A stretch of DNA of 55,358 nt. Origin: Octopus bimaculoides. Taxonomy: Eukaryota. Made by a program: the position numbers and the translations under genes. Below the pieces are notes generated by a model. The model had not been told where the DNA came from. It ran no database searches and was given only the letters and a program-made list of their open reading frames with translations. The stretch covers positions 3,076,546 through 3,131,903 of the forward strand of contig NC_069007.1 of the NCBI RefSeq assembly GCF_001194135.2, in the 5' to 3' direction. Positions 11,051-23,470 of this stretch are shown here, one piece after another (the stretch's first letter is position 1; each line of letters starts with the position of its first letter).

Positions 11051-11867
11051 TTCTTCACAGAGTTGAAAAAGATTTCACTGGAGAGAATCAGAAAAGGCGG
11101 CCCAGTGTGGGAGAACAAATGGAGACAAGCCATCCATGGGTTGTGGATTTATAGGAAGCAAAGGGCTTAGTAACATGAATATACACAGATCAGCAAGAAC
11201 CCTTCGTTGACAAGTTCTGCGTGGACGCAGGGTGTTGCTCTGCTAACCCCCTTAAACACTGAGGGATCATAATCAAAAAGGGACAACCAAGTTGGAAAAA
11301 TTCAAAGCAAGTTTGACCAAACAAAAAGACCCCTCTACCAGTAACCCCTACCGAATGTCTCCAGCACAGTGGCCTCATCACAAAATGTGAAGCAAGCTGT
11401 TGCCCTGTATGTAAGCAAGCCACTTATCACACAGCCACTCCGGCGCCTTTTTAAAGGAGTCTAATAAACAAAATTCTTAATTATTTTCACTAATGAACAA
11501 AGATTTAATGCGTCATTAAAAAAAAATTCATTAAACTCAGATATAATCTCTTTTTAAACCATACTTATAAAACACCCAGCACTTCCATCTCACCATTCTT
11601 TCACCAAAGAATATTTTGGTGTTAATCTTAATCTTCAAGCAATGAGATTTTCCAAAATCACAGCCAGATAAAATAAAGAATAAGTATAATAAATATAAAT
11701 AAATGTTTAAAAATAAAATATAAAAAAATATTGCCAAATACATGGTTTATCAGTAATAAGAAAAGTAATTTTTTTTTTGTTTTTTTAAAGGTTATTTGCA
11801 CTTTACTGGAACTAGTGAGGGTGAGTAGTGTTCCCTAGACTGGAAACTAGATTATTAAAACAGAAAT

Positions 11868-11904
<37 letters not shown>

Positions 11905-11932
11905 GTGGATATTAAATTTAAAACAAATATTT

Positions 11933-12657
11933 TAACCCTTAAGCATTCTTCAGATAATTCTGTCAAATGTAATGCTTATATATTCCCATTGTTTTGGATT
12001 AATCATGTATTATTTCATAGCTTTGACATCTCAATGATGTGATTGTTTATTTTTAGAATGGCATTATAGGGTAAGCAAGAGAGGCCAAATCTGGCTAGTT
12101 TGAACATAAAACTGATCCAATATTTGGGCTTAATACGGCTGGTTACTCCGTCAAATGTAATTATTTATTCACAATCTTTTGAATTATGCATTATCTCATA
12201 GCTTTGAGATTTCAATGATATGACAATTTTTAGAATGATGTAAAGCAAGTGCATAGGGCCGGATGTGGCTAGTTTGAATGTAGAACAAGTAGGATATTTG
12301 GACAGGAAATGCTTAGTTTAACCTCTTAGAATTCAGATTACTATCAAAAATCAAATGTAATATTTATTCACATTGTTTTGGACTAATCATACATTATCTT
12401 GTAGCTCTGAGATTTTGCAGAGATTTTTTTATATATTTTAAAAATATTGTAGGTATGAGAGAGGCCAGATGTGGCTGGTTTGAAAAAAAAAAAAAAAAAT
12501 ATGGCTGGCTTAAATCCTAAAAGTTTAAAACAGCCAGATCCAGCCTCTCACACCTACCCTACCATATCATTCTAAAAATAATCATTGTTGAAATCTCAAA
12601 GCCACAAGATGTGAATAAATAAGCATTATAAAATACTCTGAGTGCCAAAGGATTAAG
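11933..12657. mobile_element. Cluster of four MITE family D copies (three direct, one inverted)
   Basis: Repeated TCAAATGTAAT...TATTCAC...GCATTATCTCATAGCTTTGAG...GAGGCCAGAT blocks at about 11935, 12150 and 12322, and the reverse complement at 12532-12657. Confidence 0.75.
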
Positions 12658-12711
12658 CGTTGTATTAAACTGCATTATTAACAGCCTTAATAAGTGTGGT
12701 GGGGGGAGTTA

Positions 12712-12905
12712 GCAGGAATATCAAAGGTTCAGAAAAATGCTTTTTATTATTTTTATCAACACATTATGTCCTGGGGTCAAATTCCACTGAGGTCCACTTT
12801 ACCTTTCCATCCTCAAGCAGGTCAGTAAAGTAAGTACCAGTTCAGTTGATGGGGGTTAATGAAAGACCTGTGCCTCCCCTCAAAATTGCTAGCTTTCTGA
12901 CAAAA
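12712..12905 (+). mobile_element. SINE family A, diverged
   Basis: GGGGTCAAATTCCACTGAGGTCCACTTTACCTTTCCATCC...AAGTACCAGTT...CAAAATTGCTAGC. Confidence 0.7.
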
Positions 12906-12911
12906 TTATGA

Positions 12912-13500
12912 AGAGAGAGAGAGAGAGAGAGAGAACCAGCGAGAGAGACGGAACGACCAGAGAGAGAGGGGGGAACGAGCGGAAAGAGAGGGGGGACGAG
13001 GGGGGAGAGCGGGGAATGACCAGAGAGAGTGGGGGAGAGAACGACCAGAGAGAGNNNNNNNNNNNNNNNNNNNNNNNNNNNNNNNNNNNNNNNNNNNNNN
13101 NNNNNNNNNNNNNNNNNNNNNNNNNNNNNNNNNNNNNNNNNNNNNNNNNNNNNNNNNNNNNNNNNNNNNNNNNNNNNNNNNNNNNNNNNAATGACAACCA
13201 GCCAGAAAGAGAGAGAGAGAGAGAGACAAATGACAACCAGCCAGAAAGAGAGAGAGAGAACGACGACCACCCACAGAAAAAGAGAGAGACAGACAACCAA
13301 CGACAGAGAGAGACAGACAACCAACGACAGAGAGAGTGATAACCAGAGAAGTGAGAAAGAATGGCAACCAGCCAGAGAGGGGGAGAGTGTGACAACCAAC
13401 GAGGGAGAGAGAGAGAGAGAGAACCAGAAAGAGGAAGAAAGACAAAAACTGATGAGAAATAAAAAGTGAGAGAGAGAGAGAGAGAGAGATAGCAATAACA
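12912..13500. repeat. (GA)n-rich tract with short tandem units (ATGACAACCAGCCAGAAAGAGAG; GACAACCAACGACAGAGA)
   Basis: Directly visible; interrupted by an N gap. Confidence 0.9.
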
Positions 13501-13973
13501 AAGCAAAGAAAAAAGACAAAAATACGGGGGGGGGCNNNNNNNNNNNNNNNNNNNNNNNNNNNNNNNGAAAGAGAGGTGTACATAGTTATGAACAACAGTC
13601 GTATAGTCTCCCCTTGTCTAGAGAGAGAGAGAGAGAGAAAGAGAGAGAAAGAAAGAGAGAGATTAGAAGGCTGCTGTGAGGAGGAAGAAGAAGAAACGCA
13701 GACACGAAGTTATGTCATGTACGACATTCTTTCACACCCTTAACCTCTCATTTCCACTAAATAACTGTACCAGGATAGAATTAGGTTTAGTTCAGTCTAT
13801 AACAGCGACTGTGTGTGTGTGTGTGTGTGTGGTTGAGATTAAGTGTATATAAATACACGCAAAATGTAATTAGACAATTGAGCAAAACCATTGAGACAAT
13901 GGCTTCTTCCACTCCCACGTCAGAAATATTTTACGTTCAAGTACTGCAGGACGACAGAGGGTGCTTCTCTTAC

Positions 13974-14053
13974 TAATCGTCACCATTGCAGACACCATCT
14001 AAAATCAAGACTGCAAATCCGTGATTCTCACAGAGATGGAAGACCTGTGACCA
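13974..14053 (-). CDS. Candidate 80-nt exon (WSQVFHLCENHGFAVLILDGVCNGDDx)
   Basis: Acceptor gtcgtgctgtcttttcag|TGG, donor TTA|gtaaga, only the phase-0 frame is open, unique CpG-retaining sequence. No family recognised. Confidence 0.3.
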
Positions 14054-14159
14054 CTGAAAAGACAGCACGACAAACTGCCATGTTTAATAAAAGTTAGATG
14101 GTCTTCTTTTAACTTTGTTTTACATTTCTATACCATGGCAAACAGAAGTATTATACGGT

Positions 14160-14630
14160 TGGGGGCATGGCTGGGTGGTGAAGAAGCTCGCTTTGCAACT
14201 GTGGACCAGGTGGCTTCAGGTTCAGTCCTGTAGTGTGGCACCTAAAGGTGCGGTCAGTTGGCAGAAACGTTAGCACACCGGGCGAAATGCTTAGAGGTAT
14301 TTCGTCTGTCTTTACGTTCTGAGTTCAAATTCCGCCGAGAGCGACTTTGCCTTTCATCCTTTCTGGATCGATAAATTAAGTACCAGTTGCGTAGCTTCAT
14401 GCCAACCAAAGCCAGTCACGTGTGTGTACATACATATATACACACGCACACCTGTGCAACTTTATTCCCCCCCACCACCACCTTTACTCTTGACAACCAA
14501 TGTTGGTTTCTTTATGACAGACACCACCCCTGTAACTGAGCAGATTGGCAAAAGAGACCAACAGAATTAGTACCAGACTAATCTCTTCAAGATAGTGCCC
14601 CACCACAGCCGCAGTCCAATGACCGAAAAA
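14160..14630 (+). mobile_element. SINE B head, SINE A (14258-14395) and SINE B tail (possible nesting)
   Basis: The SINE B head stops at GTGGCACCT, a family A unit follows, and the SINE B tail resumes at about 14480. Confidence 0.7.
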
Positions 14631-14759
14631 AAAAAATACAAATCGCTGCCTCTCGTTAAGGAGTCATGGGGCACAAAAATGTCACTATTTTTGTGTATGG
14701 TTAAAGTCCTAGAATTTGTCCGTTATTAAAAGCACCGTTTTGCCAACTCATTGTCTAAT

Positions 14760-14990
14760 GTCTCACACCCACTACAGATGGAGTATTGCTCTTACATTCT
14801 GGAATGATCCTGCAGCTCGTCACATCCGGGATTGCATCCGGAGCAGAGAACACTCCACTGATTGATACATTGAATCACTTACAGACACGCTCCAGCTTTT
14901 AACCTACAGATAAGCTGTCCTCTCTCTCTCTCTCGCTCGCTATTATAATAGCCATGCTTCTTTTGAACTTGGTCTCTGAATTCCACAACG
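14760..14990 (+). mobile_element. Degenerate CR1/Jockey-group LINE ORF2 C-terminal remnant
   Basis: Frameshifted translation QMEYCSYI-W...DCIRS...LIDIESLTDTLQLL...RYYNS matches the RPxMEYCSHIW...RYY pattern of CR1-like RT tails. Confidence 0.5.
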
Positions 14991-15004
14991 ATCAGAGGAG
15001 GAGG

Positions 15005-15180
15005 TGTCATCATGATTTAGTGTCCGTTTTCTATACTGATATGGGTTGGACAGTTTGACAGGAGCTGGCAAGCCAGAGAGCTGAGCCAGACTCCAATTGT
15101 CTTCTTTCACAGGGTTTCTATAGCTGGATGCCCTTCCTAATGTCAACCACTTTACAGAGTGTACTGGGTGCTTTTTTATG
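15005..15180 (-). mobile_element. RTE-related family E repeat
   Basis: CATCATGATTTAGTGTCCGTTTT...GGGTTGGACAG...CTGGATGCCCTTCCTAATG. Further copies at 16472-16650, 20670-20800 and 23515-23790. Confidence 0.75.
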
Positions 15181-15299
15181 GAGCACAGAAGATGAACGAC
15201 AGCGATCAGATAATCAGGCTCAAATCTGCCAGAACATAAATAATGGATACATGATTATCATTCATGAAACATTTTAAAAAAAGGAGTCAATACAGGGGC

Positions 15300-15625
15300 A
15301 AACATAGCCATGTGGTAAGAATGCAGCTGCACAACCACATGGCTCCAGGTTCAGTCCCACTGCATGTCACCTTGGACAAGTGTCTTCAACTATAGCCTCC
15401 AACCAGCCAAAGCCTTGAGCTAATTTCGTAGGTGAAAAAACAGAAACCCGTCATGTATATAAAGCATTTGTGTGGCATCACCACTTGACAATCGGTGTTG
15501 GTATGCTTATGCCCTTGTAACAAAGCAGTTCAGCAAATGAGACTGATAGAATAAGTGATAGGCTTTAAAGTAATGGGGTCTCAATCTGTTTAAAACTCAA
15601 AGTGGTGCCCCAACATGGCCACAAG
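15300..15625 (+). mobile_element. SINE family B, CpG-decayed
   Basis: Head GCCATGTGGTAAGAA...CCCACTGCATGTCACCTTGG and tail GTGGTGCCCCAACATGGCC. Confidence 0.8.
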
Positions 15626-16149
15626 TAATTTATTAATTTGTCTTTCATTAAAAGACATCTTATCTTGCAAAATCCCCAGAATTTCTTCGTAGGAGTCGCA
15701 GTATCTCAGAACCGATTTTGAGAAAAACAGGTAAAAAGGGGAGGTTCTCTCTCTGTCTTGGGAATATATAGAAAGGTCTTTGGTTCAAAACCAAAAAGAT
15801 CTGGTTTTGAATGGTGCAGCAAAATCCAAAAGCTACAAAGCTGACCCTCCACTAATGACCACCAGGAAAACACCAAAACTGCATGATGAAATGGGGAAGG
15901 AGAGTACAGGTAATGAAAGTTAAATGGGCCATATCCAGCCCAAATAATGTACCTGTCTTATGTTGAAACTGGCCAGATCCAGCCTCTCACACCTACCTTA
16001 AAATGTCAGTGTAAAACTAAAACACATCTTCAAAACCTTGAAGCTATAAGATGCATGATCAACTTTTAAAAATGTGGATTAATAAGCATTACATTTGATA
16101 AATTAATCTGAATACTGAAGGTTTAAAAGCAAAATGGGTTTGCCTAGGG

Positions 16150-16340
16150 CCAACAACGCTACTTAGAGAAACAGCAAAGTTAGAGAAACATTGATGACAA
16201 TTCAAAACAAGGCCATCCCTCAGGGGAAACATGGAAGTAGCAAAGAAAAGCAGGGAACTCGGAGAGAAGTGGAAAACCAGAGTCGAAAACAATGGAGAAG
16301 TCCCTGATGGCCTATGTTCCAGGCAGAGGAAAGGGGTTTA
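16150..16340 (+). mobile_element. RTE LINE 3' end remnant
   Basis: ...RVENNGEVPDGLCSRQRKG resembles the terminal DGLCS motif of RTE ORF2. Confidence 0.4.
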
Positions 16341-16797
16341 AAAGCAAAATTTCACTCTCAAGACTTGTCAACTTGAGATTATAGAAAAAGGCCAATATGT
16401 CACAGAGCAGGATAGAACCTGGGACCTGGTGATTGTGAAGCAAATTTGTTGACTGAGTGTAGTTTGAGATACATCATCCTCATTTAACATCTGTTGTCCA
16501 CGCTGGTATGGAGTGGATGATGTGACCAGAGCTGGCAAGCTAAGGGGTGCACACCAGACTCCAGTCTGATTTGGCAGGTGTTCTATGGTTGGATGCCCTT
16601 CCTAACATGCCAACCACTACAGAGAGTGTGTTGGGTGCTTTTACAATACACTTGAAAATTTAAAAATTAGTGGGAAGGTCAGTGTTGGGACATTTGACCA
16701 TAAGCCTAAAGGATCAAGTGTAACCGACCTAACACCAGCTCAGCTCTGATCAAACTAACCTATGATTAAAGACAACCCAGAAGTGACCATTCCAACT

Positions 16798-17022
16798 TAA
16801 AACCCTTTAGCATTCAGATTAGTTTATCAAATGTAATGTTCGTTTATTAACAATTTTGTTTTAATTAATCCCTGGCATCATCTTGGTATTTCAAGATTCC
16901 AATGACGTGATTGTATATTTCTACGACATAGTAGGGAAGGTGTGAGGGGTCAGATCTGGCCAGTTCAGACATGAAACCAAATATTTAGGCAAGATATGGC
17001 TGGTTTAAATACCAAAGGGTTA
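16798..17022 (+). mobile_element. MITE family D, near full length
   Basis: CCCTTTAGCATTCAGATTAG...GGTTTAAATACCAAAGGGTTA. Confidence 0.8.
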
Positions 17023-18729
17023 CGTATATTTACCTCGGAGATTATGTGTTGCCTATTTTAAGCGAATAGGGTAAGATTTGAGGAGTGTCTGGCTGCTGTT
17101 TCTGACTACCAGGTCGAGCAATACCACAAGAGACTCCATTAATAGCTCAAGTAGAGAGCAGTAATGGCTGCTACATAAGCTAATCAATAAATTGTTCACT
17201 CATTATTTGTAACCATGGCTGTTCTGTTTCCATTGTCAAAGAACATGATGACCTAACAACAAAACCGGAGAGAGGAAAAAGAGAGAGAGAGAGAGAGAGA
17301 GAGACTAGTTCCAGTCCACACACCATTTCACCCATAGTGACATTTAGCTACAATATTTCCCGCAGGCAGGTCAAACATATTAAATAAAAAACTGGAAACA
17401 AGTTTCTTTTGTTACTGCTTGTCGGGTCTGGTCAAATTTTTCTTCTTTTTTTTTGTTATGTGCAACGAAATCAGTGTTGCTTGAAATTTAACATTTAATC
17501 CTTTTGTGGTCATATTCCTCGTATAACACACACACACACACACACTGCCATTGTTTCAAATAATGAAGAAATTATAGAAAGGAAGCTTGTGTTCGGAACA
17601 TGAAACAAAAGGGTCTCACATTAAATTTATGGTAAATTCAAAGCAGCAAGCATTTTATTTTAATACAAGGTTTTTTCTATTTTAATTTATGCACAACATA
17701 TATACATGCGTGTGTGTCTATGTATGTATATATACATATATACATATATATATATATAGCATTTTATGAACAATAGTGTCTTGGTTACAAGTTAGCAACA
17801 GACTAGCTGCATGCTCACCGCATTCCTAATAGTGGAAGTGACTAGGAGGAGGGGTGGGCATCTGGAAGAACACTGATTCTACATCAATATTTAAATCTTT
17901 CATGGATATACGGTGAAAAGATTTATAAACATTCTTTTATTCACCAGCGTTTTAACATCCACTTTTCTGCAATTTGATTACATTTCCTGTCGCTACCCAG
18001 TGCATGCTGGGGGTAACATTTTCTCGTGCCACACAAACAGTCTGCTAAGATGGGTCCCTAATAAGTTCCTTCTACACTACATTCAGCTGTTATTCAGGAA
18101 TTGGTATTTTAGAACCCTTAGGCTCAGCACATTTCCACTCAGCCAAATTCTATCCTTTTTTGTTTGAGGGTATGATAGATTTTTGTCCCAAAGTGCCATG
18201 CAGTGGAATCGAACACAGAACCAAATTTTCTAACTCGAGAAGGACTGGAAAATTTAGAATAGTCTTGTTTTATCATTCACTTTTCCATGCTTGCATGAGT
18301 CAGACCGAGTTTATTGAGGCAGATTTTCTATGGCTGGATGCCTTTCCTATCACCAACCCTCACCTGTTTCCAAGCAAAGTAATATTTCCCCATGGTCAAC
18401 CACGCTCTCACAGAGTATCGGAAAGGAAGGACACTGCTTGTATGACAGAGACACTTGTTTACAACCATCACAAGATGTCAAGGCAAGGATATACAAACAG
18501 ACGTGCATAAACATATATATATATATATATATACACACACACGCATGCACGTGATAGGCTTTCAGTTTGTCTACCAATCTACAAGGCTTTGGTTGGCCCA
18601 AGGTTATAGCAAACACTTGCCCAAAGTGCCACATGGCAGGACTGATCCCAAAACCATGTAGCTGGGAAGCAAGCTTTTTACCACACAGCCATGCCTGCAC
18701 CTATATCTATCCATATAATCTATTATATA

Positions 18730-18854
18730 CAGGGTGTCCACAAAGTCTGGGTACATGGGGATTAACACATACTTAAAGAAATTATTATTTCTTATATTTA
18801 ATTCTTTATGTTATGATTTTATTTACTCCATGTACCCAGACCTTGTAGACACCC

Positions 18855-18856
<2 letters not shown>
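18730..18856. mobile_element. Tc1/mariner-type MITE, same family as 4846-4975 in the opposite orientation
   Basis: TA|CAGGGTGTCCACAAAGTCTGGGTACATGG...CCATGTACCCAGACCTTGTAGACACCCTG. Confidence 0.88.
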
Positions 18857-18912
<56 letters not shown>

Positions 18913-19136
18913 CACACACACAATGTATATATAAAATTTATGTTGGAAATGGTGAATATCATTTTACATAAAGTGTATTTCTATTAAATTTTATGGAGAA
19001 AACTATTTCACAGACTCCACTTTGAGAAAGTCTCATGTATTTAAGAGATGGTGAGAAAGTTGTCGAGAGAAATCAGTGAAATACAGGAAGGGAGGAATAG
19101 TCGGGGCCCCAGGGCTGGCTGTGGTTACCGACTCAC

Positions 19137-19168
19137 TTCCAGGGCGCTTACCATTGTTTAAAAGAAAA
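19137..19168 (-). other. Candidate microexon (17 nt, or 32 nt with the second donor) ending in ATG
   Basis: Acceptor ccttatttcctctcaccttcaactcctggcag|TTTTCTTTTAAACAATG|gtaagc (exon end 19152), with a second donor GAA|gtgagt 15 nt further on (exon end 19137). Confidence 0.35.
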
Positions 19169-20052
19169 CTGCCAGGAGTTGAAGGTGAGAGGAAATAAGG
19201 CAGCAGCACAGCAGTGCGATTAACAAGGTGGCCTCCCCACAACCATGTGGTCCTGAGTTCAGTCCTACTGTGCAGCATCTTCGGCAACTGTCTCTTCTAT
19301 TAAAATCCCAGGTCAACGAAACTGAAAGAAACCCATCATACACACATATATATGCAAATGCGTGCATGTGTGTGTATATATACAACCTTATATCGTGAGG
19401 TTTGTAAATGAGCATCACTAAATCTATACAAATGATGTTTATTTCCCGTCTCCCATGAAAAACACGTCTGGACATGAAATAGGTGAGGGTTGGGATACAT
19501 GAAGGGCACACTTCCATAAAAAAAAAATCAACTTCAACAAATTCCATCTGACCCATGCAAGCTTGAAAAAGTAGTCATCAAATTATTATTATTATTATTA
19601 TTATTATTATACCTGTTAATTGATAAAATTTATCAAAAGAACAAAAGAAAAATAAATAAATAAATATAAATCCCTTTGAAAATATATTTTTTTTATCTTA
19701 TTAAACCACCCCCAGACAATCCCCCCTCCCCTATTTATCTACCTTCCCAAGCAATTTACTCATCACAGCCAATATTAATTTTTCTCCTCTCATTAACATA
19801 TCCTCACACTTCAACTCCCCCAACACAACACCCCCCACCACTGTAGCTATATTACTACACAAGTCTTAAGATGACTAATACAGGTAGCCAAGACACACAC
19901 NNNNNNNNNNCCCCACCCACCTCCTCGCCCAAACCTTGTTTTACTAACTCCCACTTCTTTTTGTGGATTAATTAAATCTTAAATCTAGATAAAGCAGCTC
20001 AAACGACAACTTTTATTTGCGTGCGTATGTACGTACATGTACATATATGCAT

Positions 20053-20089
<37 letters not shown>

Positions 20090-20632
20090 CATATATATAT
20101 ATATATACATATATACATATATATATATATATACATATATGTGTGTGTGTGAGTGGAGAGGCACAAGTATGGGCTAGTGGTTTGCTTCACAATCACAAAA
20201 TCCCAGGGTTCAATCCTACCGCATACCATGAACAAATCTCTTCCCCCAAGGCCTTCATTTGTTTCACGTCCTCTAAACTAAAGTAAATAGATAGAAACTG
20301 TATGGAATCCTGCTGAATGAAGTGACTTTATAATTAAAAGAGTCAAGTTTGTTTTGTCTGTATTAGTTAAGGATTAGCTTAAGAGTGCAAGTGTGTGGGA
20401 TATTCAGCCACTTACACTAAATAGAATTCAGATCAAAAAATACATTATTCATCATTAAACCTCAATGAAGATCCCACTTACATACGAGATAGACGTTTCC
20501 ATATATGGATGTATGTATGTATGTATGTATGTATGTGTGTGTGTGTGTGTGTGTATAAGTGTGTGAGTCAACATGGAAGGCAGACATAAGAGGAAGATGT
20601 TTATGTTTGTACAAATGTATGTATATGTGTGC

Positions 20633-20669
<37 letters not shown>

Positions 20670-20969
20670 GTCGTTTAACGTCCGCTTTCCATGCTAGCAT
20701 GGGCTGGACGATTTGACTGAGGACTGGTGAAACCAGATGGCTACACCAGGCTCCAATCTGATTTGGCAGAGTTTCTACAGCTGGATACCCTTCCTAACGC
20801 CACACACACACACTCATGTATGTATATGAAGACAGATCTATGTATGTGTGCATGCATATACATTATATACACATGTATGTGTGCATGCATATGTGTGTGC
20901 ATATATATATATATGCATATATATATGTGCATGCATATATATAAGCACCCATATGTATCTGTACACATG

Positions 20970-21002
<33 letters not shown>

Positions 21003-21041
21003 CACGACATATACATACATACAGTTGTAGACAACAATGTG

Positions 21042-21079
<38 letters not shown>

Positions 21080-21404
21080 TACATACATACATACATACAT
21101 ACAGTTGTAGACAACTTAACAGACTCGATAGAAATAGGATTATCTTCATCTCATTGTCTGAATCACAGTTTCCATCACTTACTAATAAACTGCACCTGTG
21201 CGATTAAACAGGTAATCCACTTGCTTTGTCTGACTAATTAACTTCAGTGCATCATCTCTGATTTATGACATGGTGTTTTGAGAGCTTTTACCTGGTAAAT
21301 TAGCCAAGAAAGTTCTAAGTTCAAATCACACACAAACCCATTCTGTCGTGTTGACCCGTTCCACCTTGTGCAAAATATTGCAACAGTGGAACTATAATAA
21401 TAAT

Positions 21405-21800
21405 AATAATGGTTTCAAATTTTGGCACAAGGTCAGCAGTTTCAGGTGAGAGGTTAAGTTGATTATATCGACTTCAGTACCCAGCTGGTATTTTAGTTTA
21501 TCAACCCCACCAAAAGGATGAAAGGCGATGTCGACCTCAGCAGAATTTGAACTCAGAACGTAAAGATGACCTGCTAATGATTCTGCCAGCTTGTTGCCTT
21601 AATAATAATAAAAAGAATTGTTTCAAATTTCAGCACAAGGCCAGAAATTTTGTGGGGAGAAGTTAATCGATTACATCAACCCCTGTGCTCAAATGGTATT
21701 TATTTTACCAACCCCTAAAGAACGAAAGGCAAAATCAACCTTGGTGGCGTTTGAACTCGGAACAAAATGCAGCTAAGCATTTTCTTTGACCTGCTTTTGC
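21405..21800 (-). mobile_element. Two tandem SINE A copies after (AAT)n tracts
   Basis: GGTTTCAAATTTTGGCACAAGG...GAATTTGAACTCAGAAC units begin at about 21410 and 21618. Confidence 0.75.
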
Positions 21801-22414
21801 CAGCTTACTGTCTTCTCTAATAATAATTGGAATGTCCTGCAGAGATTCTACAGAAAGTTTGCCTCTTAAGAACAAGAAAGATCAACAGAAGGGTTTTGAA
21901 GATTACTTATTGAAATCATGTGGATATCTCAGCCCAAGGCTATAGCAGAAGACACTTGCCCAAGGTGCCACGTAGTGAGAGTGAACCTGGAACCATGTGG
22001 CTCGGAAATCAAGTTTCTTACCACACATCCATGCCTGTGCTGCTGGGTAAAAGAGATTTCCCAGGGGGTGACGAAAGCTCCATTTATGTTTGAAAAACCT
22101 GTGAAGGCAGCTCTTCTAGAAGAAAGATTACTCCAACACAATACTAGCAGACAATGTAATAGCAATCATCTTGCAAAGGTTGACGCCAGAACCTTCTATT
22201 GTAACCAAGAGAGGGTCAAAATTAAAAGCCTTTGTCACCTAAATCCAATGACCTACAGAGGTCGCACTAACATGAGATAGCTATTCAGCTGACAAAACGA
22301 GGCCATCATTGCATCATTGTGTGCGTACACTTGGTTCTAAGTGCTAAACACTTGTGTTCAAGTGATGTCACTTCCTCCTCTTCAACGTCATACAAGCTAT
22401 GTCATTCATTTCCA

Positions 22415-22580
22415 ATATTTATTTATTTATTGCCCACAAGGGGCTAAACATAGAGGGGACAAACAAGGATAGACAAGGGGATTAAGTCGATTACATCAAC
22501 CCCAGTGCATAACTGGTACTTATTTAATCGACCCCGAAAGGATGAAAGGCAGAGTCGACCTCGGCAGAATTTGAACTCAT
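22415..22580 (-). mobile_element. SINE A 3' part inserted in an RTE-related repeat
   Basis: The sequence TTCATTTCCAATATT / CTCATTTCCAATATT flanks the SINE A fragment, consistent with a target duplication. Confidence 0.7.
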
Positions 22581-22784
22581 TTCCAATATTCTATGAAAGC
22601 ATGTCTGGTCACGGGGAAATATTAGCTTGCCTGGAAATAGGTGAGGGATAGTGATAGGAAAGGGATCTACCTCAACCAATTCCATCTGACCCATGCAAGC
22701 ATCGGAAAGTGGACGTAGAAATGGTGAGGAGGAAACTGCAGAGGTGTAACTAAAATATTGGCAAGTCAATTCTAAATTGGCAAT

Positions 22785-23117
22785 GGTAAGAAACTGACTT
22801 CTCAACCACAGAGTTTTGGGTTCAAACCCACTGCATGGTACTTCAGGCAAGTATCTTCTACTATAGACAGAAATAAAGACCACTGTATATATATATGTGT
22901 GGGTGTGCGCTTTTGTCTGTGTCACCCTCTCACCACTGCTTCACAACCAGTATTGGTGTATTTACGCCCCTACAACTTAGCAGTTCAGCAAAATCAACCA
23001 ATAAATACAAAACTTATAAAAAAAAAAAATAGTACTGGGTTTGATTTATTCGGTTCAAATTTCTTCAAGGCAGTACTCCAGCATGGTCGCAGTCCAATGA
23101 CTGAAACAAGTAAAAAG
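22785..23117 (+). mobile_element. SINE family B
   Basis: Head, (TA)/(GT) spacer and tail are present. Confidence 0.8.
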
Positions 23118-23296
23118 ACAAGTGATCCTGTAATTGCCCCTCCCCTTCGAAGGAACCCGCTTTTGGTGCTTTTAGCACCTCCAAGTTGGCCTTGATCAAA
23201 CAGACCCTATCATCAAAAGCACATGACCATTTTGTATAAATTTTGGGGTGGGGGAGGTTATTTTTTTTAGGATAGCAGAGTATGATTTAAGGGAGA

Positions 23297-23470
23297 CGTG
23301 GCTTAGTGGTCATGATCTCAAAGATTGTGGTTTCAATTCTTGGACCCGGCAATGTTGTGTTCTTGAGCAAAATGCTTCATTTCATGTTACTCTAGTCCAC
23401 TCAGCTGACAAAAATGAGTAACCTAGCAACAGACAGGTGTCCCATCCAGGTGGAGAATCTATACGCCATG
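23297..23470 (+). mobile_element. tRNA-head SINE with a CORE-like centre and tail 1
   Basis: GTGGCTTAGTGG...GTGTTCTTGAGCAAAATGCTTCATTTCATGTTACTCTAGTCCACTCAGCTG...GTCCCATCCAGG...ATACGCCATG. The tail matches 3429-3462. Confidence 0.65.

Noticed and set aside
14872-14892. Apparent 21-nt minus-strand microexon (ctgtag|...|gtaagt)
   Set aside because: It lies inside the CR1-like remnant and has no polypyrimidine tract.
15680-15909. Two phase-1 exon candidates (FLRRSRSISEPILRKT and RSLVQNQKDLVLNGAAK...EST)
   Set aside because: They would need a 41-nt intron or a frameshift. Frameshifted translation (EY...QKDL...VQ...ATKL) resembles a decayed CR1 RT tail.
17913-18167. 84-aa ORF with a hydrophobic N-terminus
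   Set aside because: It has a TTG/GTG-type start, no recognisable domain and no convincing splice context.
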